From Sphyrna mokarran (taxonomy: Eukaryota), in NCBI GenBank assembly GCA_024679065.1, contig JAGIQG010000040.1:9362001-9426000 (forward strand): a stretch of DNA of 64,000 nucleotides, in the 5' to 3' direction. The notes under the pieces were generated by a model. The model was not told the DNA's origin, ran no database searches, and saw only the letters and a program-made list of their open reading frames with translations. This document shows, piece after piece, positions 1-13,320 of the stretch. How positions within the stretch are numbered: position 1 is the stretch's first letter; every line of letters starts with the position of its first letter. A program made the translations under genes and the position numbers.

Positions 1-395
1 TGTGTGAGTGAGTGAGTGAGTGAGTGAGAGGAGAGAAAGAGAGGTACGCTTGTGCAAGAAGAGTTCTGAGAGAGTGTGCGTGAATAAATGTGAGACAACA
101 GTGTTCGTGACAGAGTGTGCGAAAGCGTGAGGCTGTGTTAATGTCTGTGCGTTTGCTGTAAGAAAGAATGTGTGTGGGAGTGTGCGTGTGAATGCTTTTG
201 TGTATGAGGGTATGACAGAGTGATTGAAAGAGCGAGAGTTCGCCTCTATTTGTATTTGAAAGAGTGTGTGCAAACCGAGAGAGAAAGAGAATGTGTATTG
301 TGTGAGAGAGATCATATCAGAGAGAAAGTAAGTGTGCGTATGTATCTGTGAGAGAATGCGAGACTGTGTATATGTGTAAGTCTCCGTCTGGCCGA
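1..395. repeat. GT/GA-rich low-complexity tract in cluster A J-C intron
   Basis: (TGAG)n and GT/GA runs; ends TGTGTAAGTCTC..TCTGGC like 50021-50040. Confidence 0.9.
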
Positions 396-3379
396 TTCAG
401 TGTGGAAAAGCACACTCGCCACACATACTCACACTTTCACATAGTATGTGGGAGTGACAAATGAGCACAATATGACTGCGGGGCAAGGGTTGGAAAAACA
501 TGTCAATCGTTCAGAAGTCAGAATTGAATAATTCCCTCTTCCCTCAAAGGCCGAAATTTGTAAAAACTCAAAAAATTTGGCACAATCCAGGGCAAAGTCA
601 TCCACAAGATTACCCGCCCCCTCATTCACCCTATTCGCTCTCTCCATCACTAACAAGCAGTGTGTATTATATACAACATGCACTGCAGCAACTCACCGAG
701 GCTCCATAGAATACACTGACCAAAGCCGCTGCCTTTACTGCCTAACAGGACCAACGCAGCAGCCACATATAAATGCTATCACCTGCGAGATCCTCTCCAA
801 AACACACACCAACCTAACTGGAAACAATACCTCAATTCATTCATAGTCGTTGGAACTTCTTGCCAAACAACACGACGGATGCCTGCAGCATATGGACTGC
901 AGTCGTTTAAGGATGCTTCATATCAGCACTTTCTGAAGGAATAATTAGGGAAGATTACATATTCTGGCCGAGAAGTGACTCTAAAATACCTTTAGAAGAT
1001 TAAAAATAAGATGCAAATGAACTTAACCCTTCAACTGTCATACTAAACAGCTCAGGCTTTGCTGTAGTACGGAGCACAATATAGAAAATCTCACTTTGCA
1101 TTTGCTCATCGAACATTCCTAAGGCCGGTACATCATTGCTTAAAAATCACCCAATTCTCTCTCTACAGTCTGACGGTTCTGCTCTCTCTGATGGTCATAA
1201 TATTCTTTAAGGACCTCATTTCTGAGATGCCGAGAGAAACATCAGGTCAAACTGTCACATTCGTCAGAGATACAAATGTATTGAAGAAATAAATCAAATT
1301 TCTTTCCCTGTAATTCAGGAGAAGGGACCAGAAGATTTACAGTCAGGCAGATTCTTGGTCCGAACATTATGTGCACAGAAACAGAACAGACACAAACGGC
1401 GCAACAGTCGAGTTCCCAGCAGGTTAATCTGTTCAATTTCATTTCGATTGTTAGATTTTCATTGATCAATGATCAAGTTACAACAACAAATATCAATAAC
1501 CTATTTTAAATTAAATTGATATCTAAATTAAACTGATATTCAAAACTCCATCCAACTTTTAATAATTTCTCTCTATCTGTGTCACTTCTCGAAAACCAAG
1601 TAAATTATAACTTCGCTGAAAATGAGCAAGCACAAATAACAGATTCAGGACAAAGCAGAGATGCAGTGACACAGTAACAGTTCAATATCCCTGACAGAGG
1701 TACAGTGACACAGTAACAGTTAATGTTAATAGTGTGAAAAGCACAACAGAACGATTAAAAGGGGATTGCTGCTAAATTATTAATATAGAATAATTTTAGG
1801 TGAATGTGGAGTTATATTAATAATTGCTTGATTTATATTAATTTAACTACTGAACTTGTTAATGAGAAGTCTGTGATTGCAGCAAAGACCAAGTGTCCGA
1901 ATGAGCGTTGTAAGTCATGATTTACTTGAATTTGCATGCATTAGTTAAAATTTATATTAAAAACTAACTTTTTATATTTATATCTACATAAAATCTAACT
2001 TTTAGTTTTATTTTCCAAACCTGCTTGTTTTCTCTCCACAAGGATTTTCGAACTCAAAGATTGTTTGCTTTCAACAGAAAATATCTAAGCTCTCAGTGAC
2101 ACCGAATTTAAAGAACACAGAAATATGCCGTAAAGCCAAACCATTTCACAAATTTTAAACATTCATAGTGATGGAAAGACAGAATCTCCGCAGCAGAAAC
2201 AGAACAAAACACATCAATGAGGGAATGAATCCGTTTCATGGAAAAGCAGCTCAATTATCCATTTAATAGGATCAAAATTAACATTGCAAAAAAAGAAAAT
2301 ATCAATATCGAATCTAGCAAACCAGCTCTGAAACAATTATTAAACTAAACAGAAATCTGAAATAATAGCACTGCAAGGAGGTGGAATATGCCCAACAAAT
2401 TAGTATAACAACTTATTGCATTTTATTCATATTGGGTCATATTTCAAACATATTTAAATATTTGGATGGTAAAACTTCTAGCCACCAAATGCCACCGAAA
2501 TTAAATATTGCAGATACCTCAAATTCTGAATGCAGTGACAAAATATGTTCTGAACGAGTGGTGTAAACCGTTATCACTTAAGATATTTTAAAAAAATATA
2601 CAAATACAGTAAAATCTGCCTGTTTCCTGCCTGCAGTCATGCGTCAAGCAGTTGCAAACCCGCAAAATGTTTCTATTTAATCACAAAGCGTGTAACAGCT
2701 CAGTGCCACAGAGTTTAAACAATGCAGAAACACCAAATTAATTCACAAATTTTACATATTTAAAGTCACCCAGATTCGTAATCTTCTCACCAGAAAAAAA
2801 TGCATCACTGAGAGATTCAACCCCACTTCATACAGCAGCAGCACAATTCTGCAAATGCATCATTTACAGAAACGTTGAAGATAAATTCAAACCAATTTGC
2901 CCATCACCAAAGTCATTAATGTTTACAATAACCAGAAAATATTGCATAGCAGCGCCAGCATTGTGAATGAGTGGAACATTTTTATTGGATAAATGTAGAA
3001 ATTTTAGAACTTTAAAATATTGCGTTAGATTTTAAGCACTTGTGCAGTAGATAGTACAAACCGCAGCCACTAGATGTCGCCGAGATTAAACATTCTGGAA
3101 AAGCTGAATTGTTTAACAGACGTTCCACTTTTAAAGTCACCCAGCCACACAGTAACATCAACAGACAACTTGGGATTGAATCCCTCAGCAGCACCTATTG
3201 TCAAGAAACAGCAGAATTCTAAAACCCGTTTGAGCAGAATCACAGGAAACGTTGTTAGAATTCTCAATAGAGAATCCACCAAACCCATATTTAAGTAAAT
3301 GAATAGATGATTAATATAGATAAAAATATAAAACAAAGGCACATGTAAACCAGTTACTCAGTAAGTGCATGGTTCTTAC

Positions 3380-3427
3380 CTGCAGTCACCGTCACCATGG
3401 TTCCTTGTCCCCAGTAGCCAAAGGAAT
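3380..3427 (-). CDS. IGHJ: IgH cluster A JH (SFGYWGQGTMVTVTA)
   Basis: WGxG motif, donor G|GTAAG after 3380. Confidence 0.96.
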
Positions 3428-3466
3428 CACAGTGTCACATTCTGTAGGCTGTGCCATACAATAACC
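3428..3466 (-). other. JH 23-RSS, cluster A
   Basis: + strand CACAGTG (3428-3434), 23 bp, ACAATAACC (3458-3466). Confidence 0.95.
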
Positions 3467-3790
3467 GTCTCTGCAAAAAATAGACAAAAAATGACCATTA
3501 TTTTAACTATTCACAAACCAGGGGAAAGGCAAAGTCAATAGATGTTCATTAAATTATAATTGGGTGTCCGAACACCATTCGCCATTCATAAATGACCCTA
3601 ATGTTTTGTATTTCATAATTACACATGATAATGTTATTGAAAACACCAACTGACAAATGAGTGATAATCAATATTTTCCATGATCATTCTTGTCATGTGG
3701 TCAGTACTAGATGTAAACAATATTGTACCGTGATTAAAGTTGGGATTTAGAAGTAATATTGATCCAACCTCACTTAATTGGTGCTGAGGG

Positions 3791-3858
3791 TTTTTTTGTT
3801 TTGACAGTAACTGCTGTGCCATCCAATGATCACAGTGAGACAGAGCATGACAAATACT
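3791..3858 (-). other. D2 segment (coding 3819-3830, ATCATTGGATGG) flanked by two 12-RSSs
   Basis: + strand: TTTTTTTGT-12-TGCTGTG [D] CACAGTG-12-ACAAATACT. Confidence 0.9.
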
Positions 3859-4170
3859 GAGGCAGACTGTTAATTGTAAAATGCAGACAGTTTATTTCAC
3901 TGCAATTTCAAAAGCTTGTTTCCATCTCGTTTCAGAATGAGCCAATGAGATACTTCGATTTTTATTGGTCATCATATTGATAAAGGGAGTGAAAAACTTT
4001 TGCACTCTCTGTACACACTCAGCATGGAAATCAATAACAATAAAGTGGAAGCATTTTATATCTTAAAAAAACACACAATGCTGCTTCTACCTATTATTTT
4101 GTTGAACCCTCATTTAGTTTGGCATTCGGCAGTGGCATTGGTGACACATTTAAGCAAAGTCCTTCTCTGA

Positions 4171-4254
4171 GGTTTTTGCATGAGGATGTCGATTTACTAA
4201 GCATTGTGACCCCTCCACTGTAGTATCACAGTGATACAGGCCCGCACAAAAAAC
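4171..4254 (-). other. D1 segment (coding 4209-4226, ATACTACAGTGGAGGGGT) with V-side 12-RSS and D2-side 22-RSS
   Basis: + strand: GGTTTTTGC-22-CATTGTG [D] CACAGTG-12-ACAAAAAAC; shark IgM D1 configuration. Confidence 0.93.
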
Positions 4255-4603
4255 TGCACTCACTATGTACAGTACTGTCGCTCAATATTCACTTCAAATG
4301 GACCATTGATTTTGCTCTAATTTAAAATGTAGACAACTATTTATAAGAAAAAATCTGACAGAAATGGTAAAACGGGTAATATATTCAGTGCTGTACTTGT
4401 CGAAACTACAACAAATATAAAGTCAGTGAAAAGTTCACTCCATTAATATCGGTAAGTTTGTTAAATTTAACTGTTAAATGCTTTCTTTGTTACTTTTTTA
4501 AAAAAAGACTATGATTTGGTTCTGACCACTGTCGTTAACATTATATTTAAAACAGGTATTTACCTTCAGGTTATGATAGAATTTGCTGAATCCCCTCTCG
4601 ACC

Positions 4604-4642
4604 TGTTCTTGTTCGGGTCCAGCCCTGGTTCCTGTCGCTGTG
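4604..4642 (-). other. VH 23-RSS (CACAGCG-23-ACAAGAACA)
   Basis: Heptamer 4642-4636, 23-bp spacer, nonamer 4612-4604, directly after CARD. Confidence 0.93.
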
Positions 4643-4947
4643 GTCTCTTGCACAGTAATAGATGGCGGTGTCTTCGGTCTTCAGCCTTGTCATTTCCAAA
4701 GAGAAGATGTTATTTGAAGTGTCTCTGGACGCAGTAAATCGATTCTTAATTCCTGGGGCGTAGTGGTTGCTGAACGGACTTAGATAGTTAACCAGCCACT
4801 CCAGCCCCTGTCCAGGAACCTGCCGGATCCAGTACATCCAGTAACTGCCAAGGTTAAAGCCGCTGGCTTTACAGGTCAGTGTCAGGGAGCCTCTGGGACG
4901 CGCGGTCTCTGCCTTTGGCTGAGTCAACACAACCTCCGACTGGACAC
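4643..4947 (-). CDS. IGHV: IgH cluster A VH exon, intact and unrearranged
   Basis: Acceptor CAG|GTGTCCAG; [11 protein letters not shown]...LTCKASGF...[12 protein letters not shown]...RFTASRD...[11 protein letters not shown]; both Cys and Trp present, no stops. Confidence 0.97.
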
Positions 4948-5078
4948 CTGTAAAAATATATATCAAAAACCCTGAGGATTAATCCCGATGAAATGATTGT
5001 TGTTCCTGAAACATTTTAGCGATAGACAAACAGAGAGACAGTGACAGTGAGAGATTTGGACAATAAAATGCTACTCAC

Positions 5079-5124
5079 CAGATAAGAAACTCAACAACAG
5101 ACTGAGAGAAATCACCGACCTCAT
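5079..5124 (-). CDS. IGHV: IgH cluster A leader exon (MRSVISLSLLLSFLS/G)
   Basis: ATG at 5124-5122, hydrophobic signal peptide, phase-1 donor G|GTGAG after 5079; 46 bp, same size as cluster B leader. Confidence 0.95.
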
Positions 5125-5212
5125 TTTCTGGTAAATTAGTGGAAATGGTTGTGTCAGGAACTCAGTGAAAAAACCAGCTCCCGGACTGTTGGATTCGGGT
5201 CCCAGTGAGCGG

Positions 5213-5222
5213 TATTTAAATA
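5213..5222 (-). promoter_or_regulatory. TATA-like box of cluster A VH promoter
   Basis: TATTTAAATA ~90 bp upstream of leader ATG; no adjacent ATGCAAAT octamer seen. Confidence 0.65.
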
Positions 5223-7584
5223 CCCGGCAGAAGGGGGCGGCTTTCCAGGCGCCGCCTGTTGATTCCCTGCTGGAGGCGGCGCCTGGATCCACATCCCACC
5301 TTCCCCACCCCAACAGAATGGACTCCAAGATTTACAATAGGTTAATACTGAAATTGTCGAGTTAGATGTATCGAAATATTTATTTGGCTGAATCGATTCA
5401 TTGCAGTATCTCCATTATTTCTCATAATGATATTTCAATTTGTCATTTTTGTCATTTTTTAAACTAATTGCATTATAAATATGGTGCTTTTCTTACCACG
5501 CCCGTGATAAGCAGACAAACCTAAAAATGATGAAATTACATTTTCAGAAAATAAAGGGGCCATCAGTCTGTTTTGCAATAATTTTGTCATGTTACAATAA
5601 TGAAGCATAATTTATCAGTCCAAAAATGTGCGGGATAGTTGATTGGCCATGATAAATTGCCCCTTTAATGTCAGGAGGCTTAGCAAAGTCAATATGTGGG
5701 GTTACCGGGATAGAGCAGGACATGCTTGGGATTATTGTCGCTGCAGGCTCGATGGGCCAAATCTCCTCCTTCTGATTGTAGGGATTCTGCGATAAGAGGA
5801 ATTGTTATCAATTTCTGTAACAATGCAATGGATAAACAAAAACATTCTACTTACAGTGTGGATGGCTATCACTGTACATTTTGGGTTTGAAGATAACATG
5901 AGTTTCCTCACATTATACAGTGTTTGCTGACATTTCTCAAAATGCCCCTGCTCTGTGTAAATTATGGGTAAAAAAAAAAAATCCTGTTTGACATGTAAAC
6001 AGTGAGCTGACAGAGAAACAGAAAATTGACTTCGAAATTGACAGAGAATTTAATGAGTCAGAACGGACACCGAAATCAATAATGTTCCCCTTCAGCACCT
6101 AAATCAGCTCATTTAATTGGCTACCGGCTATATAACAATCACTGGTATTGGAAACACAGGATATCAGGGATTTTTTGGCACATTAACATTATTATAAGAA
6201 TAAATGTTTTATCTTCCTTTCAACCAGGTTACGAACTGATCAACTATCCACTCATTGACAGCTATGAGAGGGTTTGTTAAAGAATGGAAATCAGGTTATA
6301 CTATAAGTGAATATAGAGCTAATCAGATACAAGAGACGCTGTTGTTTAAATGATGTGCAGAACTTTCAGAGTATTCCAGCAATCTCCGGTTTCAGGGCAG
6401 TTTTATGACTTTTCTTTATTTTTGCGATTACACTGGTCTCATTAGTCTGGGAGATTGTGACCATCAACATCTCTCTCTTTCACACTTCGTAAAGCGGTTC
6501 AAGAAACAGGTTTTAGTTATTGGAATGACATCGAAATGAAATAGCATCTGGTCAGTTTATTGTTTTCCGATATAATTAATCACATAATTTACAGGGCAAT
6601 AAAAGAAAAAAAACATTAGAATCTTAACGATTTAAAATGTGTCTTTATTGTGCGAATGAAACCATTATTGTTTAAATGGTTGATTTCCATTTTGTTCACT
6701 CAGGTTCACGCTCAGCTGACCCATACTATATTTAGCAGCAATCCAGGCTGCTGCCAAATGCTCAAAATTATTGACAGGAAGCATCTGGCGGGTGTGTTCA
6801 GTAAATCAAAGGTGGATTTCCTCAGCACTGACCGCTTGGCTCCAAGCCAACATCAAACACTTCACATTGTCAGTGAGACCTATTTGTAAAGAAATCTACC
6901 CAGCAACAGTACTGGAGGCATGCTAATTCTTTACATTGTTCAATATGATAGTTTCCAATCTCTCAGGAAAGAAACGTCAGGCAGCTTCTCTGGCACACTG
7001 TTAGCAATAATGGTGATTTTCCCAACACATCGGGATATTGCGGTGGATGGATCGAAATAATTACAGGCAGATTGTGAGAGGTGACTCAGACAGAGGATAC
7101 ATTTTGTAAAACATGAACTTCTTTGTTTGTGTTTTTTTTCCCCTTTATCCTTCCATGGGATATTTGAGTTGGTGGAAAGTTTTGCCTGTCCTAAATTTCT
7201 TTGAACTGGCTCGCTTTCTTGGCGACTTCTGAAGATGTTAAAGAGTCAGTCATTTTGCTGTCCATCTGGAGTCACATTCTTGTGAGACCCGGTAGCAATG
7301 GCAGATTTCCTCCACTGGGAAATCAGAGAGGTTCCTATGGTCGCCTTTAGTATCTATTCCACATTTATTAATTGAATTCAAATTTCACCATCTCCAATGG
7401 CCCGATTTAAATCCCTGTCCTCACATCATTGCCCCGAGCCTCTGGTTCACTGGGTCTAATAATTTTATATTACGTCACCATCTATACCAACAACGAAACA
7501 CGATTTTTGATGCAGGAATGAATGACTGTTGAATGAATTATAGTTGGATAAATCAATTAATTGTAATGCGTTGGGGTGAGTTAC

Positions 7585-8270
7585 AGGTCAAAGAGTTCTC
7601 GATGTACATATTCATATCTCCTTGAAAAACAGGTACATAGAGGGTGAAGAAAGCATTCGACATGCTTGATTTAACTGGTCAGAACACTGAATACAGGATT
7701 TGGAGCGTCTTGGTGAAGTTGTACAAGACATTGCTAAGACCACGCTTGGAATATTATGTGTAATTCTGATCACACTATTATTAAACTAGAAAGAGTGCAG
7801 AAAAGATTTACTAGGATGCGACTGGGACGTGATGGTTTGGATTTTAACGGGAGGTTAAATAGAATGGGACTCTTTTTTTATCTCTCTGGAGCATAGGAGG
7901 CTGAGGGGTAACCGTAGAGAGGTCTATAAAATAATGAGGGGTATAGACAAAATGGATAGTCAATACTTCTTCCCAAAATTAGGGGACTCTAAACTCGAGG
8001 GCATAGGTTTAAGATGAGAGGGGAGAAATGCAAAATTATTTCACACAGCGGGTGGTGAGTGTCTGGAACAAGCTGCCAGAGGTAGTAGTAGAGGCAGGTA
8101 CATTTGTACTTTTTTAGAAAGCATTTAGTTACATGCGTACGAGGGGTATAGAGGGATACGTGCCAAATACGCTCAATTGGGAGTAGCTCATAAGTTTAAA
8201 AAAGGGACGCATGGACAAGTTGCGCCAAAGGGCCTGTTTCCATGCTGTAAAACTCTATGAATCTATGACT
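7585..8270 (+). mobile_element. CR1 LINE 3' fragment
   Basis: Decayed LYKTL.RP.LEY and FTQRVV motifs; 3' end GGGCCTGTTTCCATGCTGTA...CTATGA. Confidence 0.8.
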
Positions 8271-11200
8271 CGATAAATGACAGCTGGATGCCTGAATATA
8301 TTGATTGAGGAATCAGTGAATTGATTGATGAATGCATTGATAGATGGTACTTGAAAGATGTTGTTCTACATTGCCATATTTGTGCTTGACTAGTTCATAT
8401 ATTGAATGAGCTCCTTTATTCCCTGTTGCATTCAGCCTAATACAGTCAATCTGTCCAGAGTTTGTGGGTGAAATCCATCCCGGGTTTATCAGGAGTTAGC
8501 AAAGTGATCCTCACAAAAAGAAAAACGAGGTTTTCCTGCGGCTCTGACTGGGTCATTTCTCTACTGATGCTGAATCTTCATATCCAAGATAGAAAGAAGG
8601 AGCATGATTCGGCTGAGGCGGGAGAATTGTAATATTTGAAACATGTGGCTCTTTCACATGCAACAAATTACTCAACATGCCCTCACCCAAATATGCAAAG
8701 ATATCTGTCTGCAAAATAAATAATGCGGCAACAGAAATGTTGTGAGACTCACTGGACAATTACAAGTGTTTCATTACTTCCCAAAACTGTGCAGTAATGA
8801 ATAGTGATTTAAAGATTCAGTAACTTCACATGAGGTAAGAGTGGTTACATTTATATCATCATTTTGAAAATCATTACACACTCCAGCTATGTATCAGGAC
8901 TTTCTGTGTAATGATGAGGTGATTACTTGTTAATGAAACGCAGAGGCTGCTGTGTAACTGTTCATTATCCTCGGCCTAAACTAATTCTATTCCCCATTGA
9001 ATTCTGGGACATGTTTTATTCCTTGGTGGCAAAAAAGGCCAATAAAATGTCAATAAATGTTAATATCAATAAATTACACGAAGCAAAGTTCAGTTACTAT
9101 TGTATAGAATTAAACACTGAAAAGAAACAGAAAATCTCAGCAGGTCTACAGCATCTGTGGAGGCAGATTACAGCCAACATTTCGAATCTGGAGAATGCTT
9201 GGGTAGAGTATTGCTGATGCGATGGAGTGATCATCATTGTTTCTAACAAGGTGCCAGAGAAATTGAATATCTTTTCTGTGAGAAAGGAATAGTTAATATA
9301 GCTACTGTTTAATTCTATACACTATTTCGAGACACACACAATTTGTGTCAATTCATATACGATCCCAGATATCATGATCAACTTTTCTATCCTAACTAAT
9401 CTAATCAAAGCCTCAATCACTAACAGTATCTGAAAAAAAAAATCTTCCTAATCCCTATCAAGCCTCTTTATGTCCCAATTTCATCACCCACTTCAATTCC
9501 CTCTAAACGATAAAGGGTCATCCTGACCCGAAACTTTGGGTATATTCTCTCTCATGATGTGAAGATGCTATTAAATTAATTTTACTATCAAATCAGTTGG
9601 TTGGACTCAAATCTGGTGTTGTCAGACTTCTTATTCTATTCTCTCTCCACAGATGCTCTCAGACGTGTTGAGATTTTACATCATTTATAGTGTTTTTGTT
9701 TCAGTTTCCAGAATCGGCAATATTTTGCTTTAACAAAGTGCTGCATATAATTGATGAAATTATTGTTTATCTTTATGGATTGATGATAATTGGTGAATTG
9801 GAACAGTCTCGGCTGGAAATTCCCCTATAAAACATTAATAAACCTCTTTTGGACAGATATTGAACATGTATTACTGTATTTTGCTGTCGCTGGGTCGGAA
9901 TGCAGAAGCACCCTCCCTAACAGCACTGTGGATGTACCTGCATTTCAGGTTTTGCAGCAGTTCATGAAGCTGGCTCACTCCCAGCTTACCGAATGCAGTT
10001 AGCAATGGGGAATAAATGGTGCCCACAGCAGCATTGCCCACCTTCCATAAATCAATTTTAGATGTACTAATCTGTATGAATGGATGGGAAATGGCGACTG
10101 AAATTATTAAATAGCGAATGGATGGTAATTGTTGAAGATAATTACTATCTTTCTGAACATTTACGAATTCTCCTTATCTGCTGGAAGATTTAAAGTTTTA
10201 AGTCTACTATTAATGACACAAGCATGCTTATACTAACACTGCAATGAAGTTCCTATGGTAACACACTAATTGCTACATTCCTGCGTCTGTTAGGGTAAAC
10301 TGAGAGAAAAATTATTCTGGCCAGTGTACATAACACATGTTTCTTTTTCGGGAGGAACTGGAGCACCCAGAGGAAATCATGTCTAAGCTTTGTTTTTTGT
10401 ACCCGCTTAATATTAGGGGATTATATGTGAGGTACAGTCCTTGTTTATATTATAATTTCTAAGTTATAGCTACACCGAGTCAAGCTTCTGCTGATCAGAC
10501 AAGAGACTATATCACAATTCTTACTGTCGTAGAACAGAGGAAAATGTATAAAATATCCCAAGATAATAGAATCTTCAAGACATTTTTTACAGTAATAGCT
10601 CCCTCACGAATTCTAATTCTTTGCACTGCATTCCTTCTAACTCTGGCTGAGAGAATACATTGAACAACGTTGAATTCAGGTTGTGGAATGAAGAAGATGA
10701 ACTATCGTGAAGAGACAAGACATAGAACCAGACAGGAGAAAGGCAAAGAGAGAAAGAGATGAAAAACAGAGAATGCCTACGAACATATTTGCTGTGTTAT
10801 TATATTTCGGAATCAAAGGGATTCTTTCCTAATTCTGAACATAGATATTGTCATGATGATTTTCCTCATATAATTGAAGAACAAATAATGTAGAAAAAAC
10901 TATCATTACTGGAATCTGTTGAACGATATGCATGGTTGTCTGTGCTGCATTGGTGGGGAAACACTTGTTGTGATTTTGTCAGTCAACAATCTAATCTGAG
11001 ATTTCTATTTCTGTATTTATTTACATAAACACCTCACTGTTTACAATGAAATGTTCATGACAACAAAACCAGATAAACCGTTTCTTATTCGTCAGTTTCA
11101 ACTAAAAATAGCTGTTTATTTTAAGAATATTATCAGTTGGTTCAACATGAATAGAAAACCTTTTTAACATACATTACAGCCGATGTCATTTAATTAAATG

Positions 11201-12029
11201 AATAAATATATTCTATTTAAGAAGTTATTCTGAAAATTCTGATGTCTTAATAAATAAAGTATCTGTGATCGGGCTGGTATTCCACTGAATGTTAATTCGA
11301 TCTATGGTATAATTTCGTTCAATTAGACAAGTTAAATCAAAGAAAAATGACGTATGAAATATTCTTGTCACAAATAGTAAACAGACTCACATGAGGGAAG
11401 AATATATATGAAAAAATCCAGAGTGTTTTTCACTAAGAGAAATAATAGAAAATTCCAGAGATACTCTGACAGCGAGGCAGTAACAGTGAAATCCATTGTC
11501 ATGTCTCTGCAATCCAAGAGGTGAAATTGCATTTGATCATCTGTAACAGAAAAGAAACAATTTCATTGTAAATCAGTTTTCTTTACTTCTGCATTCCTTC
11601 ACAAGAGAATGAGCATAAACAGATGGCATTACACTATCAGGATTAAGACGTCAGTCTGATTTGCAATAATTCTTTGTCTTTAACACATTACAGCAAAAAT
11701 ATGATTCATTAGAGCAATTGATTCTTATTCTGACACGATGGCAATGATTAATAGGAATCCTTTTAAAATTCCATCAATTCCTACAATGACATCGAGAAAC
11801 ATATGAGGCAGAAAGTCTTACAGAATTGTAATCATGCATGAACTGCACTATCAGAATAGCTGAAAGCTGAGTTTCTTTTTCCTTGGAACTGAACCGTTTA
11901 TGGGAGATTTAGTACAACAGTTCAAAGCTTTAAAAGGGAATGTTTTACTTATTAAGAAAAAGAAATATTATCCACTGACAAACGGGTCAGTATACAGAAG
12001 ACACTGCTTTATTAATTATGAATTAACTG

Positions 12030-12720
12030 AACCATCCCTCTGATTATATTACAGCAGTCCATATTTCTATTTATGTTGTACCAGACTCAATATTTAAGTA
12101 TACGACAGTAGAGGCTATCTGGGGTGTTATTAGTGTACTTGTCCAATTCTCTCTCTCTGTCTCTCTTTCTCCTCTCTCAGTCAACATCGCATTCATCTTC
12201 TCTGATTTACAACATTAGATCATGTTTTGTTACTATTGCATTAGGCTATGATTCCGTGGAAAATATCGTTGACCATTTTTTTCCAGAGTAGGACAATATA
12301 CATGCCTATATTTCACTAAACACTGAGTGCAGATTTATCTCCTTCAGTTATTACTGCATTTTACCATGTTAATACTTCATCTTGTGCAGGAGTTGTCTCA
12401 GTTCTGACTGTACGAGACCATGTATCTTTTTCTTTCTTTCAGCACTGTATCTGTGTATACCACACAATTGAAGCTTAATTTATTAATGCAGTGAACGTTT
12501 TTTTCTATATGATCTACAATTAACCCTGTCTCAGTTATTACTGTACTTGACAATATTCAATACAATAACACATTTGGTGCAGTCTTGTACAGTAATACAC
12601 TAGGCTATGTCTCTTTATATGCTGCGTTTATTTCATTTGAATCATTATTGCAATAGACCTTGAATCTGTTCACACTAAATTATGCGCCACTTCATTTATT
12701 AATACATGAAAATATGCAAT
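12030..12720 (-). repeat. Degenerate array of the same ~29-bp unit, inverted
   Basis: e.g. ACCCTGTCTCAGTTATTACTGTAC (12523-12546) is the reverse complement of the unit. Confidence 0.55.
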
Positions 12721-13129
12721 GATAAATGCTACAAATCATCATTTCTGAGCTGTTGTTGGTTAGTCAAGAGTACACTTACATTACATGAGATTCCATCTCG
12801 GATACTCTTGTGCTAGGCTCTATGAACGCATCCCTGCTTTACTCTGAATCCTCATAATTTCAATAATAGTTTTTCTATAAAATGCGTCTGGTGGGTAGAA
12901 TGAAATAAAGAGGAGTGAGAAGAATATATGTATATTAACTTAAAAATCAATATAATTATGTAGATGAAAGGAGTTCATTAGTTAGTGTTACTAACTAAAA
13001 GGTGTCGCATATCATACCTAATTGCTCTCATATTGAGTGTAACATTTTTTTGAAAACTTGGGATGAATCTTGTAACATGTTCTGGCTCAAAGGACATTGA
13101 GGAACGGATTAAACTTATGCCACGTTGCT

Positions 13130-13320
13130 TTAAGGGACAATTCAGCATGGCCACTCTAATTAACCTTTATACCTTTGAACTGTAGGAAGAAAGTGATAAA
13201 CCTGGAGGAAACCCACGCACACACGGGTGAATATGCACACATCACACAGACAGTTACCCAAGGCCGTAATGGAACCTGTGTCAGTAATTGTGTGAGGTAC
13301 CAGTGCTAATCACTGTGTAA
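13130..13320 (-). mobile_element. tRNA-derived SINE (HE1/V-SINE-like)
   Basis: GGAGGAAACCCACGCACACACGGG core with A/B-box-like head. Confidence 0.75.

Noticed and set aside
1011-1937. Octamers ATGCAAAT (1011) and ATTTGCAT (1930); also 40620, 40709, 51793, 58663
   Set aside because: Scattered, not at paralogous positions, and plausible by chance in AT-rich DNA
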